NCBI RefSeq assembly: GCF_003945235.1
Contig: NZ_RSDW01000001.1
Coordinates: 4,680,001 to 4,712,000, forward strand
Length of the DNA stretch: 32,000 bases
DNA from: Edaphobacter aggregans
Lineage (GTDB): Bacteria; Acidobacteriota; Terriglobia; Terriglobales; Acidobacteriaceae
Reading direction: 5' to 3'
A model generated the notes under the pieces. It was not told where the DNA came from, did not search any database, and saw only the letters and a program-made list of their open reading frames with translations. This document shows positions 17,801 through 25,191 of this stretch, one piece after another. Both the position numbers and the translations under genes were made by a program. Every line of letters begins with the position of its first letter. The stretch's first letter is position 1.

Positions 17801-20800
17801 GTCGATGGGTTCAGAGAGGAAGCCAAAGTAACGGCTGGAGTCGCCTTGTTCACAACCTGGGAGACCCCCGTGGACACCGCGCCGATGTAATTGGTATCCC
17901 CGCCATACTGTGCCGTGATCGAGTGCGTTCCCGCGGTGAGCGAGCCAGTCGCCAGCGTAGCGACGCCTCCGCTGATCGTCCCCGTGCCCAGGGATGTTGC
18001 GCCGTCGTCGAAGGTCACTGTCCCGGTTGCTCCGGACGGGATCGTTGCCGTAAGAGTCACGCTGGTACCAAAGGTCGAGGGATTCGGCGAGGATGCCAGA
18101 GCAACAGTGCTGGACGCCTTGTTCACGACCTGGGATACCGGTGTTGACACAGCAGCGCTGTAGTTGGAATCCCCTCCATACTGCGCCGTGATGGAGTGCG
18201 TTCCCGCTGCAAGCGAACCGGTCGTCAGTGTGGCGATACCAGTGCCGATGGTTCCGGTGCCAAGAGCCGTCACGCCATCGAGAAATGTCACTGTGCCTGT
18301 GGCATCCGTCGGAAGTGTAGCCGTAAAGGTCACGCTGGCACCGAAGGTCGAGGGGTTCAGGGAGGACGCCAAGGTGACGGTCGGGGTAGCTAGACTAACC
18401 ACCTGAGAAACCGCTGTTGAGACCGCGCTGCCGTAGTTGACATCCCCTCCATACTGCGCCGTGATCGAGTGGGTGCCGGCCGTAAGCGAACTGGTCAGCT
18501 GGGTTGCGACTCCACCACTGATGCTTCCTGTACCGAAAATCGTCGGGCCGTCGTAGAAGGTGACCGTGCCCGTCGCATCGATCGGGAGGGTAGCAGTGAA
18601 GAGCACCGCGCTGCCGTATGCCACTGGGTTCGCCGATGAAGCCAGGGAGACCGTAAGCGACGTCGGTGTTACGGTGAAAGTGCCGTCCTGGAACTCTGTC
18701 AGGTAGTTGAGCGAGCTTAGGCCGCCGACGATCGATACCGGATATGTTCCAGCTGGTGATCCCAGCGACGCCGGTGTTGAGTAAATGGGCACTCCCTTGA
18801 CGGCGGTGGCCGGTGTATCTCCGTTCAGCAGCGTGCCCGACACCGTATAAGCGAAGGCCGGGTTTGCCTGACCATATATACGGCTCGTGTCATCTGCGGT
18901 GACGATCAGGTACGGGTCTCCGCTGGGACCGGTTTTCGGGGAAACAACGATAGTGACAGGCGTGCTAGTGCTTGTACCGAGGTTGTTGTCTCCGAGATAT
19001 GTCGCGGTGATCGTATGCCGACCCGCCTGAAGAGTACTTAGCGCCAGAGTCGCGATGCCGGTTCCGGAGCCGACTTGCGCTGTGCCGAGTACGTTCTGCC
19101 CCTCTTGGAAGACTACGGTCCCTGTCGCCGTCGTCGGTGCAATGGTGGCAGTCAGTGTTACCGTGTCGCCGTATTGAGCTGCCGTGAAGCCCGTGGTCCC
19201 AACTGAGGCTGAGGCCAGAGTTGTCGTGGACGAAGCAGCCACGATCGACAGCGTACCTGGGACAGTGGCAATCTCGTAGTTCTGACTGACCTGCCCGCTC
19301 ACGGTAATCGGGTACGTCGTGCCCACGGGCGAGGACGGAGTGTCGGTCGTGGCATAGACAGCTGCTCCGGTTACGGCGGACTCAAAGCTATCGCCGGGCA
19401 GAAGAGTACCAGTAACGATGAAGGCAAAGTACGGATTCGCGGTCCCGAACTGACGGCTGGCGTTCTGCACGGTTATCGTCAGGGCAGCGCCACCGCTAGG
19501 TCCTTGTTTCTTAGCTACAGTCACAGTCGACGGCAGGCTTAGGCTGGTGGAGTAAATCCCATCGCCGGAGTAGGCCGCCTCAACTGAGTGAGTTCCGGCG
19601 GTCAGGGTGGATGTCACGAACGTCGCCGTGCCACCGGACAGCGTCGCATCCCCCATGAACACCGTGCCACCGGATGGCAACACATCGTAGAAGCTCACCC
19701 TTCCAGACGCTACGGTAGGGCTCACCGTTGTGGTGAGGGTAATTGGATCACCGTACTGGCCCGAGCTTGGATTGACCGTAAGCGTGGTGGTCGAGGGCTT
19801 GCCGATTGCATCATCCGTTACGATCAGAGTTCCGGGGACGCTTGTTAAGGTGTAGTTGTTTGAGGTCAGACCCGATATGGTGATCGGGTATGTGCCCGGA
19901 TCCGAACCTGCTGGCGACGCTAAACTTGGCGTTCCAGTGATCGCTGTTTCGTATGTGTCGTAGTTGAATAACTGACCTGTGACGTAATAGGTGAAAACTG
20001 CAAACTGCCCATTCGCAGGGCGCGTTGCGTTTCTGACGACGATGGTTAGCGCCGCCGTTCCCCCGATACCAGTCTTTTGCGTGACGGTCACCGTCGCTGG
20101 AGAACTGGTGCTGGGCAGCAGATTCGGACCACCATTGAAGGTCGCAGTGATTGTATGAATGCCCACTGGCAGGTTGTCGAACGGCAACTCGGCCTGGGTG
20201 GCGCTGTCGAGCGACGCGGTTCCCAGCAGCGTAGACCCCTCGTAGAAGCTCACCGTTCCGGTAGCTCCCTGGGTAACGGCTGCTGTCAGCACCTCCTGGT
20301 CCCCATACATGATGTTTGTCGACGCGGTAGCAATCGTCGTAGTGGAGTTCCCTTGCGTGACCGTGACGGTACCATCCTGAAAGGCGATCTCATAGTTCGC
20401 CGAGACCAACCCGGAGACCGACAGGGGGTATGTGCCCACAAGAGAGGAAGGCACTGCGCTGGTCGTGTACACGGCGGTTCCCGTCACGGCGGTGGCGGAG
20501 GTGTCCCCAGGTACAAGAGTTCCCACGACCGTATAGCTGAAAGGAGGATTCGGCTCGCCGAACGGTCTGGTCACGCTATTGGCCGCCACCGTCAGCGCGG
20601 GGCCACCAGCCACCGTCTTCTTGGTTACGGTGACCTGCACCGGCCCTGAAGAGCTGCCACCGAAGTTGTTATCCCCTGTGTAAGTCGCCGTGATGTTGCT
20701 GTACGTTCCCACCGGAAGATACTGCCCTGTTCCCGGTATCTGATTGAGCGCCAGAGTTGCGGACCCGGCGTTGAGCGTTGCGCTGCCGAGCAGCTCCGTT

Positions 20801-23800
20801 CCCATAAAAAAGTTCACTGCACCGGTCGCGGCAGGCTGATTTACGTTGGCAATGAAGTTAATCGTATTGCCGTATATCGCTGTCTGTGTAGTCGGCGTCA
20901 ACGATGTAGTCGTGCCTGCTGTATTGTTCGTGAGATCAAAGTTCGCCGATCCCACAGATCCAGCCGTCGCTCTGACCGTATAAGTTCCGGTGGTTCCGTT
21001 GGCCGTAGCGATCACGTGCGCAAATCCGTCGATGTCGGTCACCGCGGATGGCGCACTCAGGCTGGCGTTGGCTGCCGTGCCGTTGGCCACATAGGTGACA
21101 GTCACGCCCTGGACAGGGTTGTTGCCCGCATCGGTGACCAGTACCGTCAGCGGTTGTTGGAACTCTGCATTGATCACCGCAGCCTGTGGGGAACCGCTAC
21201 TGATGGTAATCGCGTTGGCAGCACCGGCCGTATTGGTGAGAGTGAATTGCGCTGGAGTCCCAACCGCGGACGCCACCACCTTGAAAGAACCGGTCTTGCC
21301 GTTGGCTCTGACGGTGACCGATGTGAGCCCATTGGCGTCCGTGTTGGGGTTGGCCACCGTAAGCGTCCCGTCGGCCGTGGTTATGGTTCCATTGGTCGCC
21401 CACGTGACAGGGACATTCGGCACAGGATCACCGGCTGCGTCCTTCACGATAGCCACCAGCGGGCTCGCGTAGCTCGTATTTACCGCCGCAGTCTGTGGTG
21501 TGCCGCTGGAAACAGTGATCGAAGTCGGGAGACCGTAGATGATCTGGGTCAGGCTGGCTGAGTTCTCCAGGAACTGGTCGGTGCCGAGGTAGACAGCCTC
21601 GATGATGTGCGAGCCGGAGGTAAGCGTATTGTTCGTGTCTGTAGCCACGCCATTCGAGTTGACCGGGATGGGATCGCCCTGGGTTTTACCGTCTGCTTTG
21701 AACTGAACCATGCCGGCAGTAACAGGACTGCTGTTGGCTGTGACGGTAGCCGTAAACGTAATCCTGGTGTTCTCCTGTGCTCCGTTTGGAAAGTCCGAGA
21801 TAAGAGCCGTCGTCGTAGCGGTCGGCAGCACGAGTAAGGGCAATCTCTGAAGATTGCTGATCTCGGGTGAGTTCCCTGTGCCGTTGTTAGAGGAATTATG
21901 TCCCCCCGCGTTCCCATAGGTGGCAAAGACATACAGCGTGTGCAATCCAGAGTCTAGTGGACTCAGAGTGATCGCGAAGCTCGCCGGATTAGCGCCGCTG
22001 GCGCTGGTCGGGTTTGCGAGGCTCCACGGAGTTACCCCGTCCACCGAAAAGTAGACCTGCGTAGGTGGTGGATTAGTGGTGGTGACAATGCTGGCGTAGG
22101 GAGGGCTGCTACTGTAGGCACTGGTGACGGTGACGTTGAAGCTCGGCGTCTCGTTGAAGGTCGAAAAGATGCCGCCGCTCGTGAAGCTATCTTTATCCGA
22201 AACCACAGGAGTTAATGCAATGTTCAACGGAACTGGCTGTTGCGCCCCCACGGTGATTTCCGTCACATTCGCGCTACCGCGGTTGGAGACGTAAACCTTG
22301 TTCGTGACCGGATTCACCGCGACTCCGGAGGGGGCCGTCCCGGTCGGTACTGTCGCACTAAACGTGTCACCTGTTCCGTCGATCACCGTTACGGTGTTGC
22401 CGTTCTGGTTCGTCACATAGATCTTGTTGGTAAGAAGGTTCAGATCGAGCGCGTAGGGTAGACTCCCGGTGCCAACCGTGGCGATAACGTTCCCTCTTCC
22501 CCCATCGATTACGCTCACGCTGTTGCTGCCCTGATTGGCGACATAGATCTTGTTCGTAAGTGGATTTACAACCGCAGCCCCCGGACTGGTTCCCACGCGG
22601 ATTCGATCGATTGATCGCAATGTGTCTCCGTCGATGACGGTTATGTCGTCACTGCCCTGATTGACAACGTAGAAGTTATTCTCCGCAGTGTTCACCCCCA
22701 CGGCGACAGGGCTGTTGCCAACTTGCACAGTGTCAAGTGTTTTGGCTTTGCCGTCGAAGGCCGTAATGTCGTTCGACCCTTGGTTGGCGACAACAATCGT
22801 GTCGGTCACTTCGTCAACTACCAGGCCTCGCGGTGTGGTTCCAACGGTTAGATTGGAGGTCTCGTTAGTAATTCCGTCGATAACGGTCACGTTATTCGAA
22901 TTGGAGTTGGTAACGTAGGCCTTGTTAGTTACGGTATTGACAGCTACCGCAAAAGGCCCCAGACCTGCGCTTACCTGCGTCGTCGCGTTGCCATTAAGCC
23001 CATCAATGACAGTCACATCACCACTGCGGCTGTTGGGCACATAGATCTTGTTGGTCGCCGGATTCACTGCCACCGCTGTCGGACCGGTTCCCGCAATCAC
23101 GGTGGATGTAGTGCTGCCATTCGCCGCATCGATTACTGTAACGGTGTTGTCCCCGAAGTTGGGCACATACACCTTGTTTGTCACCTGGTTCACCGCCACC
23201 GCGTTCGGGTTGCTTCCGGCAATAATGGTGCTCGTCGTCTTGGTTGCCCCATCGACAACCGCAACATTATTGTCACGAAAGTTGGCGACATAAACACGAT
23301 TCGTTACAGGGTTAGCTGCGACCGCGCCTGGGCTGTTGCCCGTTAAAAAGGAATCCACCCTGTTGTTGCTACTGCCATCAATTACGACTACATGTCCAGT
23401 CGTCGCATTGTCAGTGACGTAGATCAGGTTCGTCAGGGAGTTCACCGCCAACGCTGAAGGGCTGCCTCCTATGAGAGCAATCCCGGATAGAGCAAGCGTA
23501 TCGGTCGCGCCGTTGACCGCCATTACAATGCCAATGCTCTGGGTAGTGATGTAAATGAAGTTTGTAACCGGATTGACTGCGATCGCTGTGAGGTTGTTGC
23601 TGGGGAGTGGCGTCGTGGTTACAACGGTATTGCTTACTCCCGAGATGACGCTTAAGTTGCTGCCATTCGTGACATAAATCTTATTGGTCACTGGATTGAC
23701 AGCCAGGGCACTAGGAGTACTTCCAAGTCTTACGGGAGAGCCCACGGGCAAATCAATGGAACCGTCAATCACGTTCACCGTGGCGTTACTGCCATTGGCT

Positions 23801-24366
23801 TCATTCGCCACATAAATGCGGTTGGTAACCGGATTAAGAGCGATGGCAAAAGGATTTTTCCCCACGGGAAACGTAGTCTTTACCGTATCGTCTGTTCCGT
23901 CGATTACGCTGACGTTGCCATTCGGGTTGAATTCCGAGAAGATGCTGCCGTTGGCAGCGGCAACGTAGATTTTGTTCGTTAATGGATTGACAACGATGGC
24001 CTGGGGATTCAGATCTACTCTGATGGTTTTTGTAATGAACTGCCCTTCGTCGATAACCGTCACAGTGCCGTCGGAGCCGGCAACATAAGCTTTATTGGTG
24101 ACGGGATTGACTGCGATCGCTACCGGGATACCGCCAACTCTCTCGGTCTCCGTCGTGTTTGTCGCACCATCGATGATGGTGACCGTACCCTGGCGGTTGA
24201 CGACATAAATCTTGTTGGTTGCCGTATTAACTGCCACGGCAAATGGCTGGGAGCCGGTACCAACCAGACTTTGCCCCATTAGCTGGGCACTGATGGCCAT
24301 GAGGCCCAGCAGCAGGAAGCCCGCCCGTCTTCGTAAGATCCAACTGAGAACCTTAAGCAGAACCAT
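11881..24366 (-). CDS. giant (4161 aa) secreted/surface repeat protein: YVTN beta-propeller repeats + Ig-like + MBG-like modules (putative adhesin)
   Basis: A single uninterrupted 12,486-nt ORF. The N-terminus is a signal/anchor (MVLLKVLSWILRRRAGFLLLGLMAISAQLMG). About 16 repeats of ~41 aa follow (P.A.AVNP.TNKIYV.N...N.VTVIDG; nt ~22250-24260). Two invasin-like Ig domains lie at ~20940-21540. Many ~91-aa Ig-like domains (..YG..VT.TATV...ATGTV.F.DG...LG...GTH.ITA.Y.GD.NY) alternate with ~11 modules of the form R.YG..NP.F.Y.V.G.L.NGDT....G.P.Y......P.G.YPI...GL.S.NY...F..GTLTV. Confidence 0.95.
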   Translation of the reverse strand: MVLLKVLSWILRRRAGFLLLGLMAISAQLMGQSLVGTGSQPFAVAVNTATNKIYVVNRQGTVTIIDGATNTTETERVGGIPVAIAVNPVTNKAYVAGSDGTVTVIDEGQFITKTIRVDLNPQAIVVNPLTNKIYVAAANGSIFSEFNPNGNVSVIDGTDDTVKTTFPVGKNPFAIALNPVTNRIYVANEANGSNATVNVIDGSIDLPVGSPVRLGSTPSALAVNPVTNKIYVTNGSNLSVISGVSNTVVTTTPLPSNNLTAIAVNPVTNFIYITTQSIGIVMAVNGATDTLALSGIALIGGSPSALAVNSLTNLIYVTDNATTGHVVVIDGSSNNRVDSFLTGNSPGAVAANPVTNRVYVANFRDNNVAVVDGATKTTSTIIAGSNPNAVAVNQVTNKVYVPNFGDNTVTVIDAANGSTTSTVIAGTGPTAVAVNPATNKIYVPNSRSGDVTVIDGLNGNATTQVSAGLGPFAVAVNTVTNKAYVTNSNSNNVTVIDGITNETSNLTVGTTPRGLVVDEVTDTIVVANQGSNDITAFDGKAKTLDTVQVGNSPVAVGVNTAENNFYVVNQGSDDITVIDGDTLRSIDRIRVGTSPGAAVVNPLTNKIYVANQGSNSVSVIDGGRGNVIATVGTGSLPYALDLNLLTNKIYVTNQNGNTVTVIDGTGDTFSATVPTGTAPSGVAVNPVTNKVYVSNRGSANVTEITVGAQQPVPLNIALTPVVSDKDSFTSGGIFSTFNETPSFNVTVTSAYSSSPPYASIVTTTNPPPTQVYFSVDGVTPWSLANPTSASGANPASFAITLSPLDSGLHTLYVFATYGNAGGHNSSNNGTGNSPEISNLQRLPLLVLPTATTTALISDFPNGAQENTRITFTATVTANSSPVTAGMVQFKADGKTQGDPIPVNSNGVATDTNNTLTSGSHIIEAVYLGTDQFLENSASLTQIIYGLPTSITVSSGTPQTAAVNTSYASPLVAIVKDAAGDPVPNVPVTWATNGTITTADGTLTVANPNTDANGLTSVTVRANGKTGSFKVVASAVGTPAQFTLTNTAGAANAITISSGSPQAAVINAEFQQPLTVLVTDAGNNPVQGVTVTYVANGTAANASLSAPSAVTDIDGFAHVIATANGTTGTYTVRATAGSVGSANFDLTNNTAGTTTSLTPTTQTAIYGNTINFIANVNQPAATGAVNFFMGTELLGSATLNAGSATLALNQIPGTGQYLPVGTYSNITATYTGDNNFGGSSSGPVQVTVTKKTVAGGPALTVAANSVTRPFGEPNPPFSYTVVGTLVPGDTSATAVTGTAVYTTSAVPSSLVGTYPLSVSGLVSANYEIAFQDGTVTVTQGNSTTTIATASTNIMYGDQEVLTAAVTQGATGTVSFYEGSTLLGTASLDSATQAELPFDNLPVGIHTITATFNGGPNLLPSTSSPATVTVTQKTGIGGTAALTIVVRNATRPANGQFAVFTYYVTGQLFNYDTYETAITGTPSLASPAGSDPGTYPITISGLTSNNYTLTSVPGTLIVTDDAIGKPSTTTLTVNPSSGQYGDPITLTTTVSPTVASGRVSFYDVLPSGGTVFMGDATLSGGTATFVTSTLTAGTHSVEAAYSGDGIYSTSLSLPSTVTVAKKQGPSGGAALTITVQNASRQFGTANPYFAFIVTGTLLPGDSFESAVTGAAVYATTDTPSSPVGTTYPITVSGQVSQNYEIATVPGTLSIVAASSTTTLASASVGTTGFTAAQYGDTVTLTATIAPTTATGTVVFQEGQNVLGTAQVGSGTGIATLALSTLQAGRHTITATYLGDNNLGTSTSTPVTIVVSPKTGPSGDPYLIVTADDTSRIYGQANPAFAYTVSGTLLNGDTPATAVKGVPIYSTPASLGSPAGTYPVSIVGGLSSLNYLTEFQDGTFTVTPTSLTVSLASSANPVAYGSAVLFTATLPIDATGTVTFYDGPTIFGTGSISGGVATQLTSSLTAGTHSITAQYGGDVNYGSAVSTAVSQVVSLATPTVTLASSLNPSTFGASVTFTATLPTDATGTVTFLDGVTALGTGTIGTGIATLTTGSLAAGTHSITAQYGGDSNYSAAVSTPVSQVVNKASSTVALASSPNPSTFGTSVTLTATIPSGATGTVTFDDGATSLGTGTISGGVATLATGSLTAGTHSITAQYGGDTNYIGAVSTGVSQVVNKATPAVTLASSLNPSTFGVSVTLTATVPSGATGTVTFDDGATSLGTGAISGGGATLTISSLAAGTHSITAQYGGDTNYTTAASTAVSQIVNKASPTVTLASSLNPSTFGVSATLTATVPSEATGIVTFDDGATSLGTGTISSGVASLTTSSLAAGTHSITAQYGGDTNYNGATSSVLSQVVNKASSTVALATSLNPSTFGTGVTLTATVTSGATGTVTFEDGTTSLGTGTINSGVATLATSSLAVGTHSITAQYGGDANYTAAVSTPVSQVVNKAIPTVTLASSLNPSTYGTSLTLTAAVPAGATGTVTFEDNGTAISGAVPISGTTAAFAISTLVAGSHAITAVYSGDTNYNGTTSLVLTQTVNMATTGPSTTLSVSPAMAMYGDPAVLTAVVGPPSGATGTVSFHEGTTLLGTSSLDGSTTAVLPVSTLNVGTHTITATYNGDVNFPASTSNPVTLTVTQRTAPGGGAALTVTVNDATRTTTEANPPFSHTVAGELVNGDTYATAVSGTPTYSTTAGTTAGTFEITLSGLTSQNYTLAFVPGTLTVVPSSSTTTLTASPNSLQYGGPVTLTATVTSGATGTASFYDSSVFLGEGTVTGGVATLITTTLNAGTHTITAIYNGDATYASSTSGPATVTVAKKTAAGGGPALTVTVENASREYGTANPEFAYIVSGTLVNGDTYATAVTGVPVYTSTDTPTSPVGSTFPINVSGLVSENYTLTTVPGTLTIVTAPTTTALTTSVTSTQYGDPVTLTATVGPSSATGTVVFSSGSTALGTGTVSGGTATLSTSALSVGTYTITASYEGDGNYAESTSSAVTVTVVKRTGPGGVAALTVMVTDASRQYGQGNPAFSYSVSGTLVNGDTYATAVTGVAVYSTPATVTAPVGTYPVSITGGLNSANYSLAFVNGTLTVSKGTPTVTVASSLNPSSYGSSVIFTATVPSGATGTVTFEDNGTEIGSAVPISGITVTFTTSTLVAGTHPIIAVYSGDSNYNGATSSVLTQVVNQATLTVTANDASRPYGTPDPPFTSTMIGFANGDTQESVVTGSPSLTTTATTVSPAGTYPITAAPGDLATNNNYIFTYVNGTLTVTPAAGETTTLSVNPTTVMYGNPAVLTAVVGPTAGATGTVSFHEGTTLLGTSSLDSSATAVLSVSTLNAGTHTITATYNGDLSFPASTSNPVTLTVTQRTGTSGGASLTVTVNDASRTTTEANPPFSHTVAGELVNGDTYATAVTGTPTYSTTAGMTTGTFEITVSGLTSQNYVLAFVPGTLTVVPSSSKTTLAASPNSSQYGDRVTLTATVTSGATGTASFYDGSVYLGQGTVTGGVAALSTTTLNAGTHTITATYNGDATYASSMSEPTTVTVAKKTAAGGAPALTVTVLNESREYGTANPEFSYIVSGTLLNGDTYATAVTGVPVYSVAGSPNSPVGSTFPINVSGLASQNYTLTTVPGTLTIVTAATTTTLTTSATSTQYGDPLTLTATVAASGATGTVVFSKGSTVLGTAAVSGGTATLSTSALSAGTNTITASYEGDGNYAASTSSPVTAIVTPRTGPNGGAALTVTVTNASRQYGQGNPAFSYTVTGTLVNGDTYSTAVTGVPVYSTTATVTSPVGTYPISIIGGLSSPNYSIAFVNGILTVSKGTPSVAVASSQNPSTPAASVTFTATLSAGATGTVTFMDGTTVMGTGLVSSGTASFSTSTLSVGTHSVTATYNGDGNYNGVTSPALSQVVNKTAATVTLASSRNPVPSGSSVTFTATVPAGSTGTVQFLDGMTVLGAGTVSGGTASLSTTTLSVGTHSITAVYSGDATYNGATSSAVSQVVQTVGGTQPTFTVASTTGPQLIPPGASASYSITVTPVNGAFNNVVTLTATNLPPGSSYSFAPPILTPGSAAATSTFTVNVPKQSAALRRISKTPFALAVLLLPLAFLRRTRARPPRLLLWLLLGLTSSGAISGCGSGGYFNQPQQTYTITITATSGSVANSSTVTLTVQ
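12925..16735 (-). repeat. segmental duplication inside the giant gene, period 2175 nt (~725 aa super-repeat of Ig/MBG-like modules)
   Basis: ~14561-16735 versus ~12925-14560. Antisense track ORF pairs 15446/13271 and 16532/14357 are both offset by exactly 2175 nt. The protein blocks TTLSVSPAMAMYGDPAVLTAVVGP... and TTLSVNPTTVMYGNPAVLTAVVGP... stay about 90% identical (by eye) for ~545 aa. Confidence 0.85.
16745..18665 (-). repeat. 7 tandem copies of a ~273-bp (91-aa Ig-like domain) coding repeat
   Basis: The period is 270-276 nt, also mirrored by antisense track ORFs at 16799, 17072, 17348, 17618, 17891 and 18164. Long identical runs link the copies, e.g. CCAAGGGACGTTGCGCCGTCGTCGAAGGTCACT in the 17.4k and 17.7k copies. 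Confidence 0.9.
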
Positions 24367-25160
24367 GGACCCGCCTTGTGCAGATTGGTTATCTGGAAGA
24401 AGAGCCCTTGCAATGATTCAAAGCATTGCCTCGAGCCGATTTGCGCAAGGGGTACAAATCGGGGCTTTCAGACACAACCCCTTACGTGGGCCCAGAGCAA
24501 ACGAGGATGTTAAGAAACTACTGGACGAAACTCTATCCCGGACAAAGCGGATTGTCATACTAGGGAAAACGATAGTTGCGCTGCCGGGTAGGAAGCCTCT
24601 AATGAGCGGACGGTTGGTGCTGAAGGCATAGCGCGAAAGCCGAATCGGCAGAAGACATGCATCCTGAGGAAGATAGAATCCAGCCTGCGTAAGGGCCCCG
24701 CCAAGTTTCTTTTCCGGGGCCTTCGACCCTTCCACGTCAGGCTCTGAACACGTCTTTGCTCACGCGCAGATCCAAGAGCAAGCATCAATAAGCGGAGTTC
24801 CGGTGCGCTGCTTCTGCTTCTTCCACTTCTTCTTGCAAATCGTTCTGTCAATCGTCTCCGTCAGTCAATCCAACTCCGGAGAAGTCGGATTCTCTTGCCG
24901 ACTCGTTACGTAACTCCGAGGGCAAAGAGATTCACATCCTTTATATCTATGAGATAGAGTCCGACGGCCCCAATGAATATGACTCCGTTGCACTGAGAAG
25001 CAGCATTTGTACCTTTCTCAGAGACTGTACCTCCCAGATGGAGTTCCGATTGGTAAACGGGTTATTCCGATCAAGATCATTTCCGCTCGACGCTCCCTTC
25101 CGGAGCTTGAGTTGGCGAACCGGTTTGGAAAAGCGCGAATGGCGCCCTGCCTAGGCAAAG

Positions 25161-25191
25161 AAAAAAAGGGCCGATCCGCCACGGTCGGCCC
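25161..25191 (-). terminator. rho-independent terminator-like hairpin (reads on the minus strand)
   Basis: GGGCCGA-N10-TCGGCCC, a perfect 7-bp GC-rich stem at 25168-25191. It is preceded on the plus strand by A7 (25161-25167), giving a T7 tail on the minus strand. It lies ~125 nt downstream of the integrase stop and upstream of the giant-gene leader. Confidence 0.6.

Noticed and set aside
16745-18665. Possible CRISPR-like or satellite array because of regular repeats
   Set aside because: The units are 273 nt, in frame and translate to Ig-like domains. There is no short repeat/unique spacer structure and no cas genes in the window.
12452-23293. Series of 60-190-aa plus-strand ORFs with striking periodicity (e.g. 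17072, 17348, 17618, 17891, 18164; 13271/15446; 14357/16532)
   Set aside because: They are antisense shadows of the tandem repeats in the giant minus-strand gene. Their periodicity only mirrors the coding repeats, and a single 12.5-kb ORF on the other strand explains the region.
11881-24366. Diversity-generating retroelement targeting the repeat protein
   Set aside because: There is no reverse transcriptase gene and no template/variable repeat pair with adenine-specific differences in the window. The variation between repeats looks like ordinary divergence.
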